A stretch of DNA of 56,149 bases, counting the filler, from Sphacelaria rigidula (taxonomy: Eukaryota), in assembly GCA_964200075.2 (NCBI GenBank). It is 6 parts of 6 records of this genome, joined end to end, with 100 filler letters (N's around TTAATTAATTAA, not from the genome) between each part and the next. Parts side by side here need not be neighbours in the genome. Positions count along the whole stretch, not along the records: positions 1 to 9,276 come from CAXNAA020008855.1; positions 9,377 to 18,652 come from CAXNAA020008856.1; 4 more parts are not named here. The stretch is one strand, 5' to 3'. The notes beneath the pieces were generated by a model. It was given only the letters and a program-made list of their open reading frames with translations, ran no database searches and was not told the origin of the DNA. This document shows positions 1 through 10,082 of the stretch, piece by piece (positions within the stretch are counted from its first letter, which is position 1; each line of letters opens with the position of its first letter). The position numbers were made by a program, and so were the translations under genes.

Positions 1-404
1 TGTGGGGAAAGCACTGTTTTAGGCTTGAACCTCATCTCGGAGTTAAACCTCAATTCGCACAATTTGTTGTTACTTTCGAAAATATGTCAAAGTACGCCAG
101 GATTACTACTCCATTGTGCTGGGGATATCCCGAATGAATTTGCAAATGGGGATGCCCTGACCCATATTCTTGTGCATCTAGAATCGTTAGGAGCCCCTGA
201 ACTAAACAATATTTCGCGAAAAAGGTGTATCCCTACCGTAGCATTGCTCCTTGACCCCAGCTTGGACACGTGCGAAACATCAGCGAGTTGTGTGGCCATA
301 TAACGCCGTGATGGCTACTGTAGTGGGGGGAAGGGTGCTGATTTAGTATGAGTCTAGTCAGATATATTTATGTTTTCAGTGGTCTCGAGGTCTGGTGATA
401 ATGA

Positions 405-1050
405 CAGCGTGCAAGAGATCGGAAAAACCGTGTCGGAGAACAAGATAGAGACCCTTTGTCGATGGCCAAAACCCAGCTTTGTCTGTGGCCAATACACATC
501 AAGGCAGCAGGCTGACGGCAGCAGCAGATGGACAAGTATGTCTACCTTGGTCCTATAAGGGAAGACAGACGCAAATATTAGCATCGAAATCAAGCACGGC
601 ATTGACGACGCTGCGTGGCCACGCCTCCGAAGTATAGAATCCAACTCTGCGACCGACTCATTACCTAGCGATCACTCAATACGGTAACGTGTTCACGAAA
701 TCTGATGTCGTATCCTTTTTGTTGTTGATTCTTTCCCTTTGCTCTTGACCCTATTTAGCGATATTTTCTGGATGTGTTTCCTATTCATTTTCTTCTTCGT
801 TGCTGCGTTCCTTCTCTTCCATTCCTTGCCTTCATTTTTGCTCGTCTTTCTTTCGCGCTTCCTCCTTCCTCCCTACCTTTTTGTAATTACTCTTTTATCC
901 CTCTCTCCCGGCCAGAGTAGTGTTTGTGTCTCGCTCCTGGAGAGCAGGCAGGCGAGTGAGAATTCTTGCCCTAGTAATGTAGTTTCCAGACAGCTGAGAC
1001 GCAACATGCTTTCACAGGCTTGCTTTTTGTACAATGTCCTTCCATTTAGT
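405..1050 (+). mobile_element. 5'-truncated, degenerate RTE-like LINE (RT C-terminal relic plus 3' UTR)
   Basis: Frameshifted translation KTVSENKIETLC...IKAAG...DKYVYLG...ANISIEI resembles RTE-type RT motifs (TVSExKTE, FxYLG). Sequence near 920-1050 resembles the 3' region of the minus-strand LINE near 47850-47990. Boundaries are approximate. Confidence 0.7.
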
Positions 1051-1801
1051 CCTGGTGGAGGAATGTCGCTTCATTTTCTCCGAACCAGCACTAGTTTGAG
1101 GCCGACATTTCTGTTTTTTCTTGGTCATCGTCTCCTTCCCCTTCTTATCCTTCCCCAAACTCTATCCAGCTCGAGTTTTTGTTTCTTCATTTTGTGTACG
1201 GCACGTCTATCTTGTGACCACGAGTGGGTTCGTAGCAAAGTTTATGCACGACAATCCATCAATCAAATAAAAATAATCGTGCACCCCACCTCACAAGGGC
1301 AGCAACAACGAACATACCGAGGTCGTTGGAGTACGCCTTGAAATTCACTCGTTAGCTCTGAGTTATTGAGCGAGATGGGTTTGGTCCCGCGCGCTTGTAA
1401 CGTCTGCAGCGAAGAAACGCCACGAGGGGCGGATGAAATTGATTTCGAACATGTTTTTTTTTTTTTGCTTTCTTCAGTTCCTGCCGGTCACATAGCACCT
1501 GACGTATCACTCCAGATCTTGACATCTACTCATGTGAAAGCACACGGAAGAGCTCGTTGATGGCTCCTCTCTCACCTGCTGAGCTATCCCAGGCCACACT
1601 TCGTATCTGGGGAAAATTCTAGCAAAATCGCCCTAACTTTGGTTTACAACGCACACAACACACAAATCATTCAACAAAAAGCACACTGGGCACCATCAGG
1701 TTATCTTAAAATGATCCTCGATTTACAAGTATCCTCTATTGATGCTATCCTCTTCACGAAACAAACAATCCAACCTAGTCTCCCGCTACATAGTCGCATC
1801 C

Positions 1802-2226
1802 CTATTGGTCACCCCCACCCTCGTGAACGCCCTCTAAAGCACACGCTATAACCTCCTTCACGGCCATGACTTCGTGCACTCCGACGTCAACATCTTTCGC
1901 TTCCCCCGGCCGCCTCCCTCGCGAATCTCTGGCTTCCAAAGCTTCAGCCAGTGAAGGCGCACCACGCGACAGTTTTTCCTTCATCCCCAGCAAATGATGC
2001 ACTATTCTTGCGTTACCACGGCGGCAGGCCACGTGCAGTGCAGTTTCGCCCAGCGCATTGGTGCAGGAAATCTCAGCGCCGTGTTCCGCGAGGAGGTCGA
2101 CGATTTCCGGAGTACCGCGATGATCACAGGCCTCTAGAAGGGGAGAGTTGCCGTCGTGTTCGTTGCGTCTGTCCGCAGAGGCCACGAGGAAGCTAAGGAC
2201 GAGCTGCTTTAGCTCCCGCGGGAATT
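1802..2226 (-). CDS. Ankyrin-repeat protein, probable terminal exon
   Basis: Ankyrin motifs GNSPLLEAC, GETALHVACRRGN. Acceptor ccccaacag|AA; the phase-1 join with the exon ending GAC G gives GAA in frame. TAG stop at 1802-1804; an earlier weak donor is not excluded. Confidence 0.85.
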
Positions 2227-2600
2227 CTGTTGGGGAACGACGGGTCGTTGTTAGTGAATGTACGCACAGTGCAGTCCTTGGATCGTCGGGTTGAAATTAC
2301 GTGGCGATTTCGTGTTTGTTATGTCCGACGAACGATTCCGATCCTTACGTCGAAGACGTTCCGTGACAGATATGGCGAAGTGCAAACCGATTCGCCTGCA
2401 CGAGTGCTTGGGTTGAGTCATCGATATTGCAACATTTTCCACGAGACTCGCTTTCCGATCGCACGCACAGCTTTTTTTGGGAGAAAACGAATTCATCGAG
2501 TACATTTTTCATGGACAAGACGGGGAGCAGCCACCCCCCACCGCAATGCAGCAAAACTTAAACGAGGTAATGCACCAACGGTGGAATTGATCTCAGCACA

Positions 2601-2615
2601 GTGTGTGTGTGCGTA

Positions 2616-2681
<66 letters not shown>

Positions 2682-2736
2682 TTCTGTGTGAGCGAGAGAA
2701 CACGCGCACGCTCCATCTACATCATANNNNNNNNGT

Positions 2737-2824
<88 letters not shown>
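2601..2824. repeat. (GT)n microsatellites and a poly-G run in an ankyrin-gene intron
   Basis: Seen directly; includes a short N gap. Confidence 0.95.
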
Positions 2825-2825
<1 letters not shown>

Positions 2826-2920
2826 CTCCCTGTGCGGACGAAAGCACGCACGTAGCATACATATCCGAAATACCCTTACTAGATATTTGAACCAGAAACA
2901 CCAGTACTCGGTTGTCTCAC

Positions 2921-3170
2921 CGTCGCTATCGGGTAAGTAGGGCAGCGCCCACCCTTCCCCAGAAAGCAGCATCGATGCCGTGCCCACACGACCGTTGGCG
3001 CACGCCGCCATAACCGGCGTTCGTCCGCGCGAGTCAGGTGCCGCCGACAGGCACCCGGCCAACAGCAGAAACTCTGTGACAACGGTGCACCCGTTAGCGG
3101 CAGCAAGGTGCAGGGCGGTCTGCCCCTCCAGGTTGTCCGCCGAGGCGAAGATATCTGCGCCGGCAGTTGC
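2921..3170 (-). CDS. Ankyrin-repeat protein, internal exon (250 nt)
   Basis: GQTALHLAAANG and GRTPVMAACANG motifs. Acceptor gtttccag|GCA, donor G|gtgaga. Phases match both neighbouring exons. Confidence 0.9.
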
Positions 3171-3689
3171 CTGGAAACACAACCACGAAGTGGTTTCGAG
3201 TACGAACGAGGGCGTGGAGCATGAGTCCATTGGGGCTTCAGTGAGACAGCCTTCCTCGAGAGGGGGAGAGCGTGCGCGAGAGAGACGATATACTTCGCCT
3301 CCAACCTCCAGCTCCCAAGATGAGTGATTAGCGTGGTTGTCGTACAAGTGTTCGAGCAGGCAGGTCTATGAGAGACGCTATTTCTCTGGAAATGGATTCG
3401 GGCGAACATACTTTTTGCTTCGTTGTTTATGTTGAGATTGAAGTGCCGGTCCTGTATCAGTGTCCAGGACGGGAGCTGGATGTCTACAGTGAGGGATGAG
3501 AATCGCTCACAAAACTTACAGGAAATTTCCCCCAAAGGTGTCCCAGCTCTTTCTGATGGACAAATCACGCTGGCCAGTCAGGAACAAAGCATCCGTCCGG
3601 TCGGTTCCAAGAGAACCTCAGAAGGCCTTCTGCGCAAATCACACACACTGCCCGCATGTGCATTGCTCTCGGCCGCACTGTCTGTACAT

Positions 3690-4340
3690 CGTGATTCATT
3701 TTTCAGGTCAAAATTATGCCGATGCAGATAACCCACCCTGGGGGTGACTTTAAACGAAGCCGAACAAAAAAAAGAGAGTACAACAGTAGTACAATGTAGT
3801 ACAAAAGCTGTGTGGTACAGTGCAGTGCTGTCTTGTCTCTCCCTCCCTTGCGTTCCTTCCCTTTTTCTATGGGTATCACGAATGATCACATTACGCCAAA
3901 CCTTTGAAAAGCGTCACCTCTCCCGTCAGCTCTAAAATCGATCCCTTGGGCCTTCACGGTGGGTCATCTGGGCCTTCCATTCATATTTCGAGTCAAAATT
4001 ATGCCAATGCACAACAGATTACTCACTCTGAAGGCGGTTGTATATAGATCGACACAGCCGAACAACAAAGCACAGCAGTACAGGACAACGCAGTACGATG
4101 CAGAACAGTACAGTACGGAACAGTACAGTGTTGTCTTCTCTCTCTCCCACGCTGCATTCCTTCCCATTGTTTCTATTTTCTACGGCTATCACCAGGCCAT
4201 ATAACAAGAAACCGCTGGATAACGTGACCTCGTCCTGCCCCCAGCTCTAGAAGTGAACCCTTGGGGCCTCCACGGTGGGTCATATGGGTCCTGCATTCAC
4301 ATTTCAAGTCAAATAAATTCAATATATGCGAACACAACAC
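3690..4340. repeat. Degenerate tandem duplication, period about 300 bp
   Basis: Recurring blocks gtcaaaattatgcc (near 3707 and 3992) and cagctcta...cccttggg..cct.cacggtgggtcat.tggg (near 3927 and 4242). Confidence 0.6.
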
Positions 4341-5243
4341 TGAAGCTTTGTGGCAGCGCAGGAATGATGTACAGACTGCAGGCCGCATGTGGCAATAGAG
4401 ATAGACGCTGCATAACTAAGAGACAAAAGAGCACAAGACCATCACCATAGTGTTGTCTGTTCCAGTACACGCTATGTTCTCTAACGTGGGTCCCCAGAGC
4501 GGCTGGGTATACAAGCAGCAACACTTCTCTGTTCATTCATGTCGGAGTGCATTATACTTGACACACGTTTGGTCACAGAAACAAAATTACTCCGATTCAG
4601 ACCTTTATTCCCATTTTGCCCGCCCCCGTCCCATCTGCGTGCTTTCATTTAATTTGATTTTCGTTGAGGGTGGTGGCTTGTTATGGAGAGTCCATCGATA
4701 GGCCGGCTAAATCACACACGTCCTCGTCGGCCACGAGTGCGATTCGAGCGCAGTTCCTTGCGTTGTGTGCTTCAAATCACAATGAATGTCTCGTCAAACT
4801 CGCTTTCCGGGAATGTCCCGTGCACGGGACACCAGACGGCCGTAGTTTCTCTTAGCAGAGTTTCAGGGTACGCTTTAAGAGATGATAAAAAAGGAGCTTG
4901 ACCAGGCATGCGTATCAGGGGTGTGGACGTGTATGTGGCGCCCGAACAGGGAGGGCGTCGCGTGAACGCACAATTTACTCGTTTTACGGATGGAGTTTTT
5001 AATCAAGTGTACCCGCATGGAAAAAAGGAAACGAGGATCAGTTGTCTATGGTCGGAAAAATGTCGTCGAACAGCCCGGACACTTTTCGGAGGCTAACACC
5101 CCCCCAATTCGCACCCCTAACTGCCATCTATTTTGAAGATGGGATTCACCTGCAAGGTGCGTGGTGTCAGCTATCTGGCGGCGGCCATTCCGAAAACAAA
5201 ATTTCCGGCATGTGCCTAAAAATCTTTGGACAGCTACACTTAC

Positions 5244-5471
5244 CAGTAGTTGCACCGTTGGCAAGCAACCCATACCCGCGGCGAGCATAAGTGCGGTAGG
5301 CTCGCCGGTAGGGCCGACGTCCGGTCTAGCACCGCGGTCGATGAGTAGCTTCAGTAGGCCAGTCGACGCTCCGGCTCTTACGGCAGTGAAGAGGGGTGTA
5401 CAGTCTTGCGAATCTCGGGCATTGACGACATAGCCAGCGTCTAGGAACACGGGTACTAGTGCCTCCATGTT
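5244..5471 (-). CDS. Ankyrin-repeat protein, internal exon (228 nt); further 5' exons not identified
   Basis: DCTPLFTAV and PTALMLAAGMG motifs. Acceptor tgaacag|AAC, donor CTG|gtaagt, phase 0/0. Confidence 0.9.
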
Positions 5472-6691
5472 CTGTTCACAAGCGATGTGTACTGGGCGCG
5501 AAGGGGGGGGGGGGGGGGGGGGGGGCGGGGTTACAGGACAACGCCGATTGAACGGAATATTGGGGGATTTTTTTTTTCCTCGTTTTTCCCTTCCGTTTTT
5601 TNNNNNNNNNNGTCGGATATTGTGTAGGCGGTTGGCGGGAAGGAGGGAAGGGGGGGGGGGGGGGGGGGTGGGGGGGTGTTACAGGACAACGCCGATTGAA
5701 CGGAATAGTAGAGCATTTTGTATTTACTCGTCTATCACTCTCGATCTATCTCGTTCAGATCCCATTGTCGCAGTGTACAAGCATTCAATCTAGAACCCCC
5801 ATCACCAACGAAACCGCCCAGATATTGCTGGGGGAGTGGTTACCTTCTCTCTTCTCGGTACATATATTTCAGTCTGACATGAAAAGGTGACTGCGGTGGG
5901 TCCCCTTCCATTTCTTTGGGCAATGCGAGACATTTTTCGACCGTTGAAACACTGCAGCGTGCAATTTTGTATCTTTGATGTGGAGTGTGTCGGGGTATAA
6001 AACACAGTCGAGTGCAGAGATGTCCGTCGGCAAGAACTGACCCGGAGTATACAACGATAGCGCCATGCTTGATTGTAGCTAGACCCTACGGCTACGGCGC
6101 CTTGAGGTCGTCAAAATATGGAATCACAGCTCGACACATGCAAAAAGTTGACCGAGTGTTTTAAAATTCGGGTGAGATGTATACTATTCACAAAGCATAA
6201 GATGGCAGGTACATTTTCTCGCCCCCTTCCTGACATGGTGTATCTCAATCTCGAAAAGAGCACATCGCCTGTAATTCCCACCACGTACAAAAACAAGAAT
6301 AACAGAGAGTTTTTTGGGGGGTAAAAAAGGCCAGAAAAGCTCAGGGATAATTGACGAAGTCGGGATTAAAGGCGAGGATATGACGAATCCCCATAGTTAA
6401 ACCCCGAACACGAAACCCTGAGGAGATATGTCGCGGGCAAGTTAGGATTAATTTCAAAATTTCAAAATCATCCCTGAGTTATGAACCACCCCGAAGCGTT
6501 TGGTGCCCAACTTGGGGAAAGGAAACGGAACTAGACACCCTGCCCCACAACAACCAAGGTCAGAGAACACATCCGTAGGATTAAAATCGTACATGGGGCA
6601 ATAGCGGATGCCGTGGACGTCCGTGACAGCGCCGGTGATGGTAGCTTGTTCACGAGGGTCACCCAAGACTACGACGAAGACTTGGAAGCGA

Positions 6692-6940
6692 ACAGGGGAG
6701 CCGAGACACCAATCGACCTGGCTGAAGATGAGGCGGAAGGGCGGAAGTCGGCCACTCATGCAGCGGCTAAGAGGACATTTACCGAATGGCTACCTCACGT
6801 CAAGCTTGCGTTAGAACGCGCGGGTTCACCACCGTTGGGTGGCCATTTTGTCGATGTCCTCGTAGCGGATGCATGGGTGGCCGACTTTCGCCCTTCCGCC
6901 TCATTTTCAGCCAGGTCGACAGGTGTCTTGGCTGCCCTGT
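6692..6940. repeat. Long imperfect inverted repeat (arms about 103 bp, loop about 43 bp)
   Basis: 6692-6794 is the reverse complement of 6838-6940, e.g. tcgacctggctgaagatgaggcggaagggcg vs cgcccttccgcctcattttcagccaggtcga. Confidence 0.85.
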
Positions 6941-7710
6941 CTGCCTCCACGCAGCAAGGATCACTGCGTCGTGTTTGTTGCTGAGGATGAACGTACTTGT
7001 TCAACTTACGCACGCGCACAGACAGTACAGAACACTTGTACTACCGAGAGTACAGAGCTGTCTACAGACAGTGCAACAGTATACAGTACAGTTATCACAA
7101 CTTGTTCTAGTGCTGTAGCACACACCGACAGGTGCAGGGCTTGTAAATGACTAGCGGGCGCCGAGGTGCACTGCCGGTGTGCCAAACGCTGTGTACTGTG
7201 CCGGGTTCGTACCCGGAGGCTGTGTTGACGATACTGCTGTCGCGTATTCAACGGTACGGGTACAGCACAAACAACTGTACACATGTCCTTTTGCGCTGTA
7301 CGGGTAGCACCGCATTAGTAGGCGCAGAGTAGGGTTGAAAATCAACTTTAGAATCACGGTTGGTTTTGATTTAAAAATTGATTTGATTTATATCAACAAG
7401 CACATCAACGCGTCGCTGATTAGTTGATTTAAATCAACTAATCAACTTAAATCAATCAAGTCAAAATAACATGATTTAACCATGATTAGTTAATTTTTTC
7501 TAGGAAGAAAAGAGGCGTTTGCGTCACGTCACGTTTTTTTCGCCTACGGCGCAACCATAGATCGACGGATATGTCTATTCATCGGGTCTACTCCCGAAAA
7601 GACGCTAGCAACGACGAACACATAGCAGCACACAGCAGCACACAGCACACCACACGCCACGTAGCACCACACTCTAGCAGCATACTGAGGGTCACACGGA
7701 ACTTGACACA

Positions 7711-8450
7711 ATGAGGGGCGCGGGCAAGGGCAAAGCACGTGCTGTAGGCAATAAGGACACCCCGGAGAGCCCTCTCCAGCGCCAGGGCAACACCGGAGGT
7801 CGAGGTCATACAGCCTACGCTGCCAATATCGAGGACGGAAATTCCCCTGTCCCACCGAGGAAGAAGCCGCAATTGGCTGTGTCTAAAAAGGACCAAATAC
7901 TCACAGAATGGGGCCTTTACAAAGATGAGACTGTACCCAAGGAAGACGTGGCCAAGGAGGGCAGTGCTTTTGGGTGGTGGGCAAAGGCGCAGCGGGTGTA
8001 TCCCCACGTCGCCATCCTAGCCCGCACATACCTTGCAGTACGAGCTTCCACATGTGGCCATTTGGCTACACCCCAGAATGCCTCCGGAGCGATGCGCGGC
8101 TCTTCAGGGGGAAAAAAAACCTCCGGAGGCCTTCAATCCCTCTGCAGGAGACCAAACTCTACCGATCTGGAGGGCCGCGCACCCCTTCGGAGGAATTTAG
8201 GGGTATGCGCGGCCCTCTAGAGGCAAGAATAAACCCCCGGAGGCGTTTAATACCTCTGGGGGCTCCAAACGTTTACCCACCTGGAGGAATTCTGGAGATA
8301 GCCAAATGGCCGCGTGTGTCATCTGCTGCGTGCGAACGCGTATTCTCTGTAGGCGGTCCTGTGGTAGCGAAGACCGGAAACCGCCTCAGTAGGGATCGGG
8401 TAGCAAATATCGTGTTTCTACACGAAAGCATGAAACATGATCTCTGCTAG
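7711..8450 (+). pseudogene. Truncated hAT transposase (dimerisation domain only), interrupted by a MITE
   Basis: Removing 8049-8320 restores GCT TCA TCT GCT GCG TGC GAA (ASSAACE) and an open 155-aa frame from ATG 7711 to TAG 8450. Confidence 0.8.
8049..8318. mobile_element. 270-bp MITE with CAC...GTG termini and a 2-bp TSD (TC); CMC/EnSpm-like
   Basis: TIRs cacatgtggccatttggcta / tagccaaatggccgcgtgtg. TC at 8047-8048 and 8319-8320. Precise removal restores the hAT motif. Confidence 0.85.
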
Positions 8451-9276
8451 ATATGACTTCTATCCTGCCTCGTAGAACTTACTGCTGGGTCTGTCTGGAA
8501 AATGGACTACTGCTGTTCACGTACAGTATTTACCTGTGGAATACTGTAGCGGGGGAGGGTGTCTTCAAGTACTGCTTTCAGGAAGCGGGGAAGGAAAGGA
8601 AAATTCGCGTGCATGCCGTATGGGTAGAGGCTGTTGCATCACAGCATAGTACACCATGCATAGCATGACGTGTTTTGTAGTGATGCATCGCATCAATATT
8701 TTTCCTCGTCAGCCACATCCACAACGCGACATCATACATACGGAGTAATGTATAATATGAGCTGCTAATATTCGACAAGGAGGTTTATCTACACGCGAGT
8801 GCAATCTGGGAACTACTTTTGTTCTTTTGCCAGACAGGTTTGAGGCGTACAGTAGTGGGCGGTCTAACTATTTAGGGGTGTTTGGGGGTTTTCCTCGCGT
8901 ACTACCCTTCGATAGAACTCGAAATTGCTGGCGTCGGTAGATTTTGGTACAATGAACAGATCATCCTCGAAATACAGTGCCCACGTCAGAGTTATTTCGT
9001 GTTATCGGGCGATACGAGTAAATACCCCGTTTATCAGGAGGGTGTTATTATCGACAGTGAAACACAGTTTTTCGGCTCTAGTTTAAGATCCACTTTATGG
9101 CAAACGAATCCCGATTTTTTTGGACCCCGATTTTTTCAAAATCGGGGGGACTCAAATTCGTGTACTCAAAAATCGGGGTGACCATTTTACGGCACAGACG
9201 GTACAGTATCACAGATTTATGAAACGGTTCTGTACTCAGACGGTCATTTTTTGCATGAGTGTGGTACTGCGTTCTC

Positions 9277-9376
9277 NNNNNNNNNNNNNNNNNNNNNNNN
9301 NNNNNNNNNNNNNNNNNNNNTTAATTAATTAANNNNNNNNNNNNNNNNNNNNNNNNNNNNNNNNNNNNNNNNNNNN
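9277..9376. other. Artificial scaffold spacer (44 N + TTAATTAATTAA + 44 N); identical copies at 18653-18752, 28028-28127, 37402-37501 and 46776-46875
   Basis: The identical 100-bp layout occurs five times; the linker has stop codons in all six frames. Confidence 0.98.
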
Positions 9377-9464
9377 GGGGTGATTTTCTTTGTTGACTGG
9401 CTGATGGTATTGACCAATTGCCCACCACTCCTTTCGAAGCGGAGGGGGGGGGGGGGGGGGGGGC

Positions 9465-9630
9465 TTGGCACCCGGGCCTCGAAAAAAAAGGGAAAAAACA
9501 TGTTACTCGCGATATATGGCCAGGCGAAAACGGACGCCTCGCCTCCAGAAACCGCTTCCCGTTTCTAGGCCAAAAAATCACCAGGTATACGTGATTCAGG
9601 AATGATTTTTCAATCGTACATTATCTGGGC
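9465..9630 (+). repeat. Dispersed repeat fragment, also at about 22955-23120
   Basis: Shared ttggcacccg...aacatgttactcg.ga..tatggc...gcgaaaacggacg..tcgcctccagaaaccgctt. Confidence 0.75.
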
Positions 9631-9731
9631 CATCACTTACGGTGCACTTGATGTTTGCGTTACCACGATGCATGTTTTTTTTGCTTTAACATCATCACGC
9701 TACGCTGGATTTCACGTGGGCATACCTGTAG

Positions 9732-9777
<46 letters not shown>

Positions 9778-9838
9778 TCTACCTTTTCGTTTCCTTCACT
9801 TTTCTTCAGCAAGTGTTTCCATCTTGTTTTATCTCGCA

Positions 9839-9956
9839 TACGTCTATCATGTGGATAATGACCACTGCTGTTTAGATTGTTTGGTTGATTGATTCATTGA
9901 TTGTCGCACTTTCACTGACCCCCCAGGAATCCAGCGGTGGTCACATGATGGACGTG
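9839..9956. mobile_element. Small TIR element; related ends near 1202, 11535, 33502-33528 and 47409-47440
   Basis: 15-bp TIR tacgtctatcatgtg / cacatgatggacgtg; a tgaccac..ctggat-like subterminal motif recurs on several scaffolds. Confidence 0.55.
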
Positions 9957-10082
9957 TGTTGTGTGTTGTGTGTTGTGTGTGTATTGTCGTCCCATTTATT
10001 CTGGGCGCCAGTCTACACCTTTCGGTATATGTGGGCGCATCAGCCGGGGTCACACAGGAGGAAGGTCAACACCGGAGCTTTT
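9957..10082 (-). mobile_element. 3' end of a non-LTR retroposon (SINE/LINE) with a (CA)n tail; second copy at about 30639-30753
   Basis: Near-identical block ctacacctttcggtatatgtgggcgcatcagccggggtcacacaggaggaagg on two scaffolds. The minus strand reads AATAAA then a CA-repeat tail. Confidence 0.7.

Larger units (their letters stand above)
7330..8450 (+). mobile_element. Internally deleted hAT DNA transposon (probable 5' end plus dimerisation-domain ORF; 3' end not located)
   Basis: Starts TAGGGTTG, followed by clustered GATTTAAATCAA-type subterminal motifs (about 7365-7490). The ORF carries the hAT C-terminal dimerisation motif WWAKAQRVYPHVAILARTYLAVRAS/SAACERVFS...NRLS. Confidence 0.8.

Noticed and set aside
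739..1341. 200-aa hydrophobic ORF; likewise the microsatellite ORFs near 2600, 17800 and 28200
   Set aside because: They arise from a pyrimidine-rich LINE 3' UTR or simple repeats that lack stop codons.
5490..5705. Duplicated poly-G/ttacaggacaacgccgattgaacggaata block
   Set aside because: It straddles an N gap between homopolymers; probably unmerged low-quality contig ends.
9321..9332. TTAATTAATTAA as a biological motif
   Set aside because: It is a synthetic six-frame stop linker centred in N runs.
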